Part shown: piece by piece, positions 54,537 to 63,703 of the stretch
Numbering within the stretch: position 1 is the first letter of the stretch
How the letters are laid out: each line of letters starts with the position of its first letter
Origin: Phycisphaerae bacterium
Lineage (GTDB): Bacteria; Planctomycetota; Phycisphaerae; Sedimentisphaerales; Anaerobacaceae
Assembly: GCA_030604525.1 (NCBI GenBank)
Contig: JAUVVQ010000005.1
Coordinates: 15,162 to 79,161, forward strand
Direction: 5' to 3'
Length of the DNA: 64,000 nucleotides
Made by a program: the position numbers and the translations under genes
The notes under the pieces: generated by a model
Seen by the model: only the letters and a program-made list of their open reading frames with translations
Told to the model about the DNA's origin: nothing
Databases searched by the model: none

Positions 54537-56774
54537 TTATTCGGTGGGCAAAGTGATGGTGACGGTCGTGCCGCTTTCGGGTTTGCTTTCCATTTCGATG
54601 GTCCCGTTATTGAGCTGTATCAGCCGGGCGGCGTAGGCAAGCCCCATACCGCGTTTCCTGCCTGCTGGTTTTGCGCTGAAGAACGGCTGGGCGGCTTTTT
54701 GAAGCGTCTGTGCATCCATACCGCAACCCCGGTCGGTGATATTGAATGTTACGAAGTCGCCGCTTGAGTCTGTTTGTGCGGAGACTTCAATAGGCCCTGA
54801 CTGGTCGGGATAGGATTCCAGTGCGTTCGAGAAGATATGTGCGATGGAGGATACGATTTGAGCAGAGTCTATGAAAACCTGGCCGGCGTCTTCTGCCAGG
54901 TTGGTTTGTATATCTAATTTATCAATTCCGGCTCTTTGAGCGGCCAGCTCAGTTGCTTCATCGAGTACCTGCTTAATATCTGTTTTGGCTGCTCTTGGTT
55001 GCGAAGGTTCGGCGAAGCTCATAAGGTCCTGGATGATTTGTGAGATTTTCTCGGTGTTTTCCTGTATTTGCTTGAGGATGTTTTTTTTCTGTTCCTCATC
55101 TTCGGCGTCAGCGAGCATTTGAGCTCTTCCGGAGATTACGGACAGCGGGTTATTTAGTTCGTGTGCTGCCCCGGAGGCCATTTCAGCCAGGGCGATGATT
55201 AACGGTAACTCTTGTGGTTGATATGGTTTCGGCGTTTTTGCTTCGGTTAATATTTGTGCGAATTTCTCAGCGAACCGCTGTCTGGAATCGGAAGTACCGG
55301 CCAGGTTCAATATAGCTGCCGTGATAGAAGCCGCAGCTTTGAATTTTTCCTTAAATAATTCAATGTCTTTTGGATAACGGATTTCGAAGACTATTGCACC
55401 GATTGCTTTTTTCTGTGATAACAGAGGGAGTAATTTGGTGCTTTCGACGGCAAATTCCGTGTCAATTTGTTCAAGGAGCCAGTCGAGGTGGTCGTGAGCG
55501 TTTAGTATTTGAAATTCATCTGCGATTTCCGGAGGTATCGGCGGTGACTCGGAAGGCGGATTCAGGAAAGTTTTCTTAATACTCAAAGGACTTTCTACCA
55601 CGACGGCAGGTAACTGCTTTGACTCCGATGCTATGGTAAGATAGCAGCATACCGGTCCGGTCTGGTAGAATTTTTGCCAAGCCAGTGCGAAGCTTTCTGT
55701 TATATCCATCAGTGACCAGCCGGGTTTTAAATTTCCGAGGAGCTCTTTTATGAAATCAAAATGGCTGGAATCTGTTTTCAGTTTTTGATTTTCAAGTGAC
55801 AGCTTTGTTTTATCAATTGCTAATTGAGTAGCCGTTTTCCGGGCGATTTTGTAATAAACTTCAGGCGTGTCCAGGATGTTCAGCCCGAGATTCCGGAATT
55901 TTTGTTGGGCCATTTCGGGAAGCTCTTTTGTTATTTTTTGCAGCTGCTCGTTTTTTAGGCCGAGTGATTCGGCTATCTGCTTTGGAGACCCCGGGTTGTC
56001 ATAATTGCCGGAGTCTCCTATATCTGAATTTCGGGCGATTAAATCAGCCAGCTGGACTACCTGTGCTATTTTTGTCCCCGGGATGTTTTGTGAGATTATC
56101 TCTGTATTGCTGTGATGGAGCCAGATAGCCAGGACGACAGGTTCCGGGAAGTTCCATTTTTGCCCAAGTCGTTTGCCAATTACGGCGTGGTCAAGGCCAA
56201 GGTATTTTTGTTCGATTTTGTAAAAGGGCATCTGTTCGGATTTTGCTTCAGAGACAATACGAGCGAAGCTTTTCGGCATCGCTTTATCCAGCGCCAGCTT
56301 TCCTATATCGTGGAGCAGCCCGCTGATATATGCGAGCTGGTAATCGAGCGGTTCCGGTAAACTTTTTGCTATATTACCGGCGGCACAGGCAACCGCAAGA
56401 TTGTGGAGTGCGAAGCTGCTTTTGGATAAAATATTTTCTGTGTCGTTAGTTTGACTGGCGGAGTAATCCGAGATGTCGGCAGAGAACAGCTCATTGACTA
56501 CCAGCTCAGCCGGCAGTTTATCCAGCAACTGCCTTAGAGGCAATATTGCTTCAGGGAAAGTCATCCCCTGCTGATTAACAAGGCGGAGAGTTTTAGCGGC
56601 GAGTGCGGGGTCCGATTCGATTATTTCAGCCAGCATAGACGGCCGGAACTGTTTTTCCGATAGTAATTGCAGAAGCTTTATGTTAACCGACGGCAGAGTG
56701 GGAAGTGAATCAAGCTCAGATATCGCTAATTCAACCTGCCGGGATTTTGCTATCTCCTCGCTTTTGTCCGACAT
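54537..56774 (-). CDS. HDOD-domain sensor histidine kinase
   Basis: N-terminal HDOD region (LPTLPSVNIKLLQLL...DPALAAKTLRLVN, HHS...). H-box AAHELNNPLSVISGRAQML. CA domain DRGCGMD...GMGLAYAARL. Confidence 0.85.
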   Translation of the reverse strand: MSDKSEEIAKSRQVELAISELDSLPTLPSVNIKLLQLLSEKQFRPSMLAEIIESDPALAAKTLRLVNQQGMTFPEAILPLRQLLDKLPAELVVNELFSADISDYSASQTNDTENILSKSSFALHNLAVACAAGNIAKSLPEPLDYQLAYISGLLHDIGKLALDKAMPKSFARIVSEAKSEQMPFYKIEQKYLGLDHAVIGKRLGQKWNFPEPVVLAIWLHHSNTEIISQNIPGTKIAQVVQLADLIARNSDIGDSGNYDNPGSPKQIAESLGLKNEQLQKITKELPEMAQQKFRNLGLNILDTPEVYYKIARKTATQLAIDKTKLSLENQKLKTDSSHFDFIKELLGNLKPGWSLMDITESFALAWQKFYQTGPVCCYLTIASESKQLPAVVVESPLSIKKTFLNPPSESPPIPPEIADEFQILNAHDHLDWLLEQIDTEFAVESTKLLPLLSQKKAIGAIVFEIRYPKDIELFKEKFKAAASITAAILNLAGTSDSRQRFAEKFAQILTEAKTPKPYQPQELPLIIALAEMASGAAHELNNPLSVISGRAQMLADAEDEEQKKNILKQIQENTEKISQIIQDLMSFAEPSQPRAAKTDIKQVLDEATELAAQRAGIDKLDIQTNLAEDAGQVFIDSAQIVSSIAHIFSNALESYPDQSGPIEVSAQTDSSGDFVTFNITDRGCGMDAQTLQKAAQPFFSAKPAGRKRGMGLAYAARLIQLNNGTIEMESKPESGTTVTITLPTE

Positions 56775-56903
56775 TTAATCCCGCTCCGCTTCTGTATCTG
56801 AATTTGCGTTAACAGTTAGTGCAAAGCTTATAAGAAAATAAATCACCCTGACCTCCTTGTAAATGTATGATATAAGTTGCCGAATTTCGAACTTTTTATT
56901 CTT

Positions 56904-57482
56904 TTATTGTTTTAGCTGCAGAACGTCTCCGATTTTGTTTATAAGCTCGGAGATATCAAACGGTTTTTTGACGAAATCCTCTGCACCGGCTTTTAGCATG
57001 TGGTCAATCTCGTCCTGTTTTATGACACCGCTTACGATGATTATCTTTATGTTTTCAAATTCCGGATTTTTCTTTATCGTCTCACAGACTACATCCCCGT
57101 TAACATCCGGAAGCATATAATCAAGCAGGATAAGATGCGGTCTGAATTTTTCAGTTGCCATTCCTGCATCGTACCCGCTTGAGGCAGTCCTGGTATCGAA
57201 TCTTCCATCTCTGGCGAGTACATCGACGAGCAGCTCTACGATTTCAGCATCATCATCAACGATTAGAACCTTCTTTTTCCCCGACTCCATTTTCCCCATC
57301 GGAATCTCGTTTTCTTTCATAAACCGGATGAGATTCTCTCTTGGAATTCTGCGAAATCGTGAGCCGGGAACTCTGAATCCTTTCACTTTGCCGGAATCGA
57401 AACATCTGATAATTGTTTGCTGACTTACCTTGCAAACTTCTGCGGCTTCACCCGTTGTGTATAATTCCTTCATTTTACCCAT
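56904..57482 (-). CDS. Response regulator with an N-terminal excisionase-type HTH and a C-terminal receiver domain
   Basis: N-terminal YTTGEAAEVCKVSQQTIIRCFDSGKVKGFRVPGSRFRRI (HTH_17-like), followed by KVLIVDDDAEIVELL...LILLDYMLPDVNG...IIIVSG...KPF. Confidence 0.8.
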   Translation of the reverse strand: MGKMKELYTTGEAAEVCKVSQQTIIRCFDSGKVKGFRVPGSRFRRIPRENLIRFMKENEIPMGKMESGKKKVLIVDDDAEIVELLVDVLARDGRFDTRTASSGYDAGMATEKFRPHLILLDYMLPDVNGDVVCETIKKNPEFENIKIIIVSGVIKQDEIDHMLKAGAEDFVKKPFDISELINKIGDVLQLKQ

Positions 57483-57790
57483 TCCCCTTTTCTAACCAAA
57501 TCCTTTTAGTAACAGGGCTTCCCATATTACCTTTTTGTCCTAATTTAACTATCGGACGTGGCCTTTGTCAAGGATTAAAAAAAATAAAAGGTATTTTTAG
57601 CTTATAAGCCGGCTTTTTGGCATAACATATCTTTGACTTACTGCTTCGCTGCTTCGGTTTTGTGACAAGAATTGTCAAAAAGAGACCGGTTTTTGTACTT
57701 GAGAATTTGTAAATAGGGAGCCAATTTAGGACAAGAGATATCAAAATCGCAAAGTAGTAAGATTCGCCGAAGGCGAACGGAGTCGAACGG

Positions 57791-58215
57791 CTCTGACCTC
57801 CTCCTGTCATCCTGAGCGCAGCCGAAGGCTCTGGCCTCCTCCTGTCATCCTGAGCGCAGCCGAAGGATCTGGCCTGAGAACATAATTTACCTCTACATTC
57901 GACATCCACCCCACCTGCCCTTGAACGTTTCTGTCGCGGGTCATTCCTGCGCAAGATTGTCACCCCTGCGAAAGCAGGGGCAGGAATCCACATTTTTGCA
58001 TTTTGCATTTTAACTTCGCTTGCGTCCGCCTTCGGAGGATTGCTTTCCTGCAGAATGTCATTGCGAGGAGCGAAGCGACGCGGCAATCTCAAAAATCGCT
58101 TACACCAACATGGTAACCTTCCATTGCTTTATAAAGAGCATTTTCAAAATAAACATCAAGCTGCGCGAAGGTTTTTGTCATTCTGAGCGCAACGAAGTGA
58201 AGCGAAGAATCTCAA
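57791..58215. repeat. Cluster of short GC-rich palindromic intergenic repeats, including a 38-bp tandem duplication
   Basis: The 38-bp unit CTCTGRCCTCCTCCTGTCATCCTGAGCGCAGCCGAAGG occurs twice (57791-57866). Related units are GTCATTCCTGCGC...CCCCTGCGAAAGCAGGGGCAGGAAT (about 57940-57990), GTCATTGCGAGGAGCGAAGCGACGCGGCAATCTC (about 58058-58090) and TGTCATTCTGAGCGCAACGAAGTGAAGCGAAGAATCTC (about 58176-58213). Confidence 0.7.
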
Positions 58216-58559
58216 TACTGTTTAGCCTCCAAATTTATTTGGGGGTCAATTAAAAAACAAGCACTTGCACAGCAAGGGCTTCTCGAAAACAAAGAAACAA
58301 GAATTAACCGCAGGACTCATTAAGTGAGTTTACACTGAGGAGTAAAACAACGAAGTGAGCCTTACTTGGAAAGCTTCTAACATTTTGCTGCTGGTAAGGC
58401 TCGAACAATACAAGAAAGTTAACATTTTATCTTCGGTAGAAAAATCGTTTCTTGATGAACTGCCGCCATAGGCGGATAAATATCGAAGAACCAACGGGAA
58501 CTTCTTATACAGAAAGAAACAGTCTGTCTTTCGGAGTGTACGAATATGAGTAATGGAAC

Positions 58560-58817
58560 TGACATAAATAGAAAAACTGTTTACAAGGTTTTAAGTGACA
58601 TGGCAGACAATGCTTCGGAAATAGCAAACCATCGCTTTTATTGCTATCTCGTTGCGAACTCAATTCTTGCCGTTGCTTGGGTCGGAATCTACAAAATGTT
58701 CTGTGATTTATCCACTACCGAACTGGTCAAGTTGGATATAGTGCCAGCCTTGCTAAACGGAACATAGCCAAGCTCATCGAGGATCAGCAGATCCTGCTTT
58801 TCAAACTGCTTCTGCAA
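58560..58817 (-). pseudogene. IS21-family IstB fragment (Walker B onward, degraded)
   Basis: The minus strand reads LQKQFEKQDLLILDELGYVPFSKAG, the IstB/DnaC Walker B block. The sequence downstream is frameshifted and degenerate. Confidence 0.5.
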
Positions 58818-58950
58818 TCATATCGAACCTGGCCTGGTCATCATAAATCCCGCACGGTATCTTACAGTGTGAATAAGCTATTGAAACCAGAAGCCCGGCT
58901 AAAATTGTTAAACCGATTATGAACGGCTTTTTTCTAATACTTTTTTTCAT
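58801..58950 (-). pseudogene. sodN: Nickel superoxide dismutase, 5' fragment (leader plus Ni-hook), truncated
   Basis: MKKSIRKKPFIIGLTILAGLLVSIAYS|HCKIPCGIYDDQARFDMIAEAV carries the H-C-x-x-P-C-G-x-Y Ni-hook motif of NiSOD right after a leader peptide. The frame ends after 49 codons at the junction with the IstB remnant. Confidence 0.65.
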
Positions 58951-59011
58951 TTCTGTTCTCCCTTAAAAGCGGCCCCGAACACCAGATTTCACCAGCTTAA
59001 AGGAACCTTTT

Positions 59012-59584
59012 TTAGTAGTTAGCCGCTTCGATTTCGTAGTAGCTTTGTGGATGCGCACAGGCAGGACACACATCCGGAGCTTCCAGCCCTTCGTGTACAT
59101 AACCGCAGTTCCTGCATACCCATCGGACGGGTTTTTCTCTTTTGAAAACCTTTCCTTGTTTGATATTATTTTCGAGGGCAAGGTATCTGTCTCTATGCCG
59201 AGCTTCGGCTACGGCAATTTCCTTAAAGACAGCGGCAATTTCTTTGAAACCTTCCTGTTCGGCTGTGTTTGCAAAGTCGGGGTACATTTCAGTTGTTTCG
59301 TAGTTTTCACCGTCGGCGGCGGCCTTTAGATTTTCAACAGTTGCACCGATGATGCCAGCGGGAAAACCGGCTGCAATCTCAACCTCGCCGCCCTCTAAAA
59401 ACTTAAATAACCTCTCGGCGTGCTCTTTCTCCTGATTCGCTGTCTCTTCAAATATTGCCCTTATCTGCTCATACCCTTCTTTTTTTGCTTTGCTTGCAAA
59501 ATAGGTATATCTGTTTCTTGCCTGCGATTCGCCTGCGAACGCAGTTAATAAATTCTTTTCCGTCTGACTACCTTTAAGCTCCAT
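59012..59584 (-). CDS. rbr: Rubrerythrin
   Basis: Ferritin-like di-iron domain ([25 protein letters not shown]). C-terminal rubredoxin-like CRNCGY...CPACAHP. Confidence 0.9.
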   Translation of the reverse strand: MELKGSQTEKNLLTAFAGESQARNRYTYFASKAKKEGYEQIRAIFEETANQEKEHAERLFKFLEGGEVEIAAGFPAGIIGATVENLKAAADGENYETTEMYPDFANTAEQEGFKEIAAVFKEIAVAEARHRDRYLALENNIKQGKVFKREKPVRWVCRNCGYVHEGLEAPDVCPACAHPQSYYEIEAANY

Positions 59585-59621
59585 AATGCACTTGCCTTTC
59601 TTGAAATGATTAATCTTAAAA

Positions 59622-60350
59622 TTATTTATTGATAGTTTCAGTTTTAATCACATTGCCCCGCAAATCAATGGTGACATCTTCGAATGATAATTTTACCCCG
59701 CTGCCGGCAATAACTTTTTGTGCAATATACCTCAGGCCCGAACAACAAGGTACTTCCATATGAATCACAGTTAAGCCATTAAGCTCATTTATCTTAATGA
59801 TTTCTGCCAGCTTTTCAATATAAAACCGGGCATCGTCCAGTTTCGGACAGCCCACAACAATACTGCGGCCTTTCAGGAACTTATTATGGAAATCACCCAT
59901 CGCAAAAGGCACACAATCAGCTACCAGTAACAAATCAGCGTTGGCAAAATATGGTGCCTGCGGTGAAACCAGCTTTAACTGAACAGGCCAATGGCTTAGT
60001 TGTGATGGAACCTCTGCTTGAGCCGTTTCAGTATTACTTGCCTTTCTTCTCAATTCTTTTGCCATCATTCCGGGGCATACAAAGTCAGGCTGCTGCTGCG
60101 GACTTTTCTTCTCAGCAAGATGAGCTTTGGTTGCTTCTTCGTCAAATTCAGATACCTCTCGCTGCTCCACTGTTATCGCATCCTGGGGGCAGTGGCCGAT
60201 ACATGCCCCTAAGCCGTCGCAATAAACCTCACTAACCAATTTTGCCTTGCCGTCAATTATTCCAATAGCACCTTCAGCACAGGCATCAACGCACTGGCCG
60301 CAGCCATTACATTTTTCCTCATCTATTTTTACAATGTTTCGCAAAACCAT
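59622..60350 (-). CDS. 4Fe-4S dicluster domain protein with an uncharacterised C-terminal domain
   Basis: [11 protein letters not shown] and [12 protein letters not shown] ferredoxin-type motifs at the N-terminus. Confidence 0.7.
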   Translation of the reverse strand: MVLRNIVKIDEEKCNGCGQCVDACAEGAIGIIDGKAKLVSEVYCDGLGACIGHCPQDAITVEQREVSEFDEEATKAHLAEKKSPQQQPDFVCPGMMAKELRRKASNTETAQAEVPSQLSHWPVQLKLVSPQAPYFANADLLLVADCVPFAMGDFHNKFLKGRSIVVGCPKLDDARFYIEKLAEIIKINELNGLTVIHMEVPCCSGLRYIAQKVIAGSGVKLSFEDVTIDLRGNVIKTETINK

Positions 60351-60417
60351 TTTGAAATCCTCTATTGAGCGGAGTTCTTTGATTGAGTTGTCTACACCCC
60401 AGAAAATTGCTTTTAGT

Positions 60418-60768
60418 TTACGCTCGAATCATCGTCAGCAGCATTTTAAATTTTTCCTCGGCAACAACAGCGTGTGGTACATTAGCCGGCATTATGATAA
60501 TTTCACCCGCTGAAACTTTTTTCTCATCGCCGCCTATTGTTAACTGAGCTGCCCCATCGATAACCTGAACAACCGCATCGTAGGGAGCTGTATGTTCGCT
60601 TAATTTTTGCCCTTTATCAAAAGCAAATAAGGTAATCGTGCCGACCGGTTTATCCAATATTGTCTTGCTGACTATCGAATCAGCAGCATAGTCCGCCAAA
60701 AAAGCCAACTTTTGATTCTTTGCCATGCAGGCATCTAATACATTTTTGTTTTCGCTGCAACTGTCCAT
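60418..60768 (-). CDS. Cupin-domain protein
   Basis: Small beta-barrel pattern (KLSEHTAPYDAVVQVIDG...GEIIIMPANVPHAV). Confidence 0.65.
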   Translation of the reverse strand: MDSCSENKNVLDACMAKNQKLAFLADYAADSIVSKTILDKPVGTITLFAFDKGQKLSEHTAPYDAVVQVIDGAAQLTIGGDEKKVSAGEIIIMPANVPHAVVAEEKFKMLLTMIRA

Positions 60769-60789
60769 TTTTCCTCCTTCAAAATCTTT

Positions 60790-61221
60790 TTATCGCTTCT
60801 TACCTTTTTTGCTTCGACTTCGTACCATTTCTTCGAGGGTAATCCCCCCCAGATAACCCTCGATGTATAGTTGAAGGCAGGCCAGCTTCGTCCTGACCTC
60901 ACAGTCGCCTTGAAATTCGCATCCTTCCCCGCCTGGCAAACACCTGTTTAGCCGAATTCCGCCTTGGAGAACAGTTATAATTTCCACAAGACTTATCTCT
61001 GATGGTTTCTTGTGTAAGGTAAACCCCCCTTCGGGTCCCATTCTACTGTTCACCAATCCTGCCTTATGCAGCTTCTGCAGTACTTTGCATCCAAGTTGGT
61101 ATGAAAAATGACCTTCTTGAGACAGCTTCCTAGCAGATATTAGTTTCCCATTATTAAAATGTTTTGCCAGATTAACCATCATACGCACTCCATAATCTGT
61201 ATTTCTTCGCAACACGTCCAT
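60790..61221 (-). CDS. Rrf2-family transcriptional regulator
   Basis: N-terminal winged HTH (TDYGVRMMVNLAKH...ISARKLSQE) and a C-terminal three-Cys cluster (RCLPGGEGCEFQGDC). Confidence 0.85.
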   Translation of the reverse strand: MDVLRRNTDYGVRMMVNLAKHFNNGKLISARKLSQEGHFSYQLGCKVLQKLHKAGLVNSRMGPEGGFTLHKKPSEISLVEIITVLQGGIRLNRCLPGGEGCEFQGDCEVRTKLACLQLYIEGYLGGITLEEMVRSRSKKGKKR

Positions 61222-61382
61222 TTTCGGGTACCTCTCAAAATGTACATTGTTTCATATAAGACTATTATAGTCCTACTAATCAATTTGTTCAACCAAAAAA
61301 TTATTTTTTTTTAGAAAAATTCCATAGAGGGAGAAAAATCGGCTTTTTCTATCGTTCAAGGCTGTTTTTTGAGGCATTCATT

Positions 61383-61640
61383 TCAGTTTATTTCAGGCAT
61401 AACAGCAGGTTTAAACCATGTTTGCGTTCGCAGGCAGATTTTTACAAGCATTAACATAACCGGTACTTCTATAAGCACGCCGACAACAGTGGCTAAAGCC
61501 GCACCTGAGGAAAGACCAAAAAGCATCGTGGCTGTAGCAATGGCAACTTCAAAATGATTTGATGCGCCAATCATTGCAGCAGGAGCGGGGATGTCCTCTG
61601 TGACTAAGAAAATAGTGCGATCAAAAATAACTTTTTATGC
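61383..61640 (-). pseudogene. acr3: ACR3-family arsenite efflux transporter, C-terminal fragment only
   Basis: [41 protein letters not shown] matches the conserved last two TM helices of ACR3. The frame is open only about 80 codons upstream, where it meets repeat copy B. Confidence 0.6.
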
Positions 61641-61770
61641 AAAACAAAACCAATTTATGGAAAACCGAAATGAACATAACTTCTGTTACAATAAAACCTT
61701 ACATCAATATCCCCTTTCGCAGAGACCACAAAAACAAAGCCAATTCCAACCCAATCGAACCCAATTTCCG
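61635..61770 (-). repeat. Dispersed intergenic repeat family, copy B (inverted relative to copy A)
   Basis: Its reverse complement aligns with 49637..49776. A degenerate GAACCCAA-rich extension runs to about 61870. Confidence 0.75.
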
Positions 61771-62065
61771 AAAAACTAAAATGAACGCAACTCATTATCT
61801 AACAAACAGTTACGCCGAAAAACCCAAACCCCGCTCCACCACCGAAACGAACCCAAACGAACCCAACTTTTCGCTTCGGATTTCGACTTTCTCCGGTTCC
61901 AGCGGAGCGCGACCAAATGCGCAAGCGCACTTCACTTGACTTGTTAAAAAGTGCGGATTTTTGACTACTTTTTACAATTTTCTGTGATTTTTGGAGATTT
62001 TTGGGGATTTTTTACAATTTTTCCCCTTGCCTATTTTAACACTTGCGCATTTGAGCGCTCATTTT

Positions 62066-62141
62066 GACCATTTTCCCACCCCACCAGGTGTCCATTTTCA
62101 CTGAATTAAAGCTCGCCGATATCCAAAAACCCTTAGCCGTT
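62066..62141. repeat. Left arm of a 76-bp perfect inverted repeat
   Basis: GACCATTTTCCCACCCCACCAGGTGTCCATTTTCACTGAATTAAAGCTCGCCGATATCCAAAAACCCTTAGCCGTT is the exact reverse complement of 63853..63928. An imperfect extension runs to about 62153. Confidence 0.95.
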
Positions 62142-62246
62142 TCTCGGAATTCCAGGCATTGTTATCAGCGCATAAAAAAAATCCTATCTGAGAAACTACC
62201 CGGATAAGATTATCTGCAAATCGTTTCTTGATTTTAGCTTATCAAG

Positions 62247-62477
62247 TTATTGTTCCCTGGACTCGCTGTTGTCCTGTTTTTCCTGCTTCTCTTGTTTTTC
62301 CCGCTTCTCCTGTTTTTCCCGCTGGATTGCCTCATACACCTCTCTGCGATGAACCGGTATCTTTTTCGGCGCATTGATACCAAGGCGCACCTTATCTCCG
62401 CGCACATCGACAATGGTTATTTCCACATCATCGCCTATCATAATCGATTCATCTCTTTGCCTGCTCAAAACCAGCAT
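62247..62477 (-). CDS. csrA: Carbon storage regulator CsrA with a Glu/Lys/Gln-repeat C-terminal tail
   Basis: [54 protein letters not shown] is canonical CsrA. The tail reads [22 protein letters not shown]. Confidence 0.9.
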   Translation of the reverse strand: MLVLSRQRDESIMIGDDVEITIVDVRGDKVRLGINAPKKIPVHRREVYEAIQREKQEKREKQEKQEKQDNSESREQ

Positions 62478-62797
62478 TTACAACTCCTTTTGTACACAGA
62501 CCTTCAATTTAATACTACGTCAAAACTTACCGCCTGTTCGCAAACACAGCTAATGTTTGTCTTCATAGGCCTTTAGAAGATAAGAACTTACACTCAATCG
62601 CAGCATATTGTTTTTAAGGCCACTATTATATTTTCGGCTATTTTTTAGGACGAAAACAATCATTTTTACTCTCATCCAGCCAATAAACTTTATTTGTAGA
62701 ACGAACTTTATACAACCCCTTTGCAGATAAGGGGTTACATAACTAATGGATAGAAAATAAGATGAGAGAAATTTGTAAAATCGGGGATGGGGGGAGA

Positions 62798-63703
62798 CTA
62801 CTCGCTTTCGTACCTTTGCCAGTATTCATACCTCACGGCGAGCCAATAACCGACAATTGCACCTATGGTTCCGAAACTGACCAGTTGTATGGGCAATACC
62901 GCCACAACAGTATCAGGGAAGAAATTGCCGGGCCAGAAATCCACCAGCCGTTCTAAAACGCCTTTCTTAAAGGAAGTAACTACCACAAAAGGAATTACCA
63001 AAGCCCCTGCTGAAATTGTCCAGATATAACTGCAGCCGAGCCATTTTCTTACGGCGAAGGCGGCAATTCCAAAAGCGACAAAGACGCCGAAGGCGAGCTG
63101 GGCATTGGTCGGTTGAGCGGTAATGGAGCCGATTAGGCCATCATAAAACGTTACATTTTGAGCGAAAATTCCGATGCAGACTTCCGCTATTAACATCGAT
63201 GCGGCAATGGAAAATATTATTGGCAGGTAGCCTTTCTGTTTTGAGCTGTCTTTTAATTTCTCATCCGGATAAGTTACCTTTGCTTTGTAAAAGCGTTGCG
63301 CGAGATATACTCCGGCAAAGCCCAAGGCAACAATGGCGAGCCAGAAAATCGGTTCCCAGCAGAAGTTTGCAAAGAGTGACTTTCGGTATGCTAAGGCGGG
63401 ATTCGACTGTATTAGATTTGCGATAGTTCCGGTTTTCAATGACCATAGGGCCAGGCCTGCCGGTGCTGCGAGGACGGCGATTTCTCTGCCATAAGGCCAG
63501 GATATATAATAACTTACGAAGCCGGCCAGGAATGCCAGGACGGCTAAAATGAAAGCACCGATGACAGTTATTGAGCCGGCGGAGATGGAGACGACGCCGA
63601 AAGGTTCCGGCTGGGCGAGCGGCCAGGCGAGAAGACCTATCAAAAGGATGCCGACGGCAAAGACAGCAGCTATTCTGAATCTTGTCAGTATTGATAATTC
63701 CAT
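62798..63703 (-). CDS. Polytopic membrane protein, unknown function (301 aa)
   Basis: ORF with about 8 hydrophobic helices. No domain recognised. Confidence 0.55.
   Translation of the reverse strand: MELSILTRFRIAAVFAVGILLIGLLAWPLAQPEPFGVVSISAGSITVIGAFILAVLAFLAGFVSYYISWPYGREIAVLAAPAGLALWSLKTGTIANLIQSNPALAYRKSLFANFCWEPIFWLAIVALGFAGVYLAQRFYKAKVTYPDEKLKDSSKQKGYLPIIFSIAASMLIAEVCIGIFAQNVTFYDGLIGSITAQPTNAQLAFGVFVAFGIAAFAVRKWLGCSYIWTISAGALVIPFVVVTSFKKGVLERLVDFWPGNFFPDTVVAVLPIQLVSFGTIGAIVGYWLAVRYEYWQRYESE

Noticed and set aside
57791-57866. A 38-bp tandem duplication, considered as a possible CRISPR array.
   Set aside because: There are only two adjacent copies with no spacers, and no cas genes are in the window. 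I saw no other CRISPR-like array anywhere in the 64 kb.
57568-58092. A 174-aa minus-strand ORF, plus a 77-aa plus-strand ORF at 58020..58253.
   Set aside because: Both run through the GC-rich palindromic repeat cluster. The peptides (…AQDDRRRPEPSAALRMTGGG… and …CHCEERSDAAISK…) are typical read-through translations of such repeats, not genes.
58546-58767. A 73-aa plus-strand ORF (MSNGTDINRKTVYKV...).
   Set aside because: It lies antisense to the degraded IstB remnant, and no domain is recognisable. It is probably a shadow ORF.
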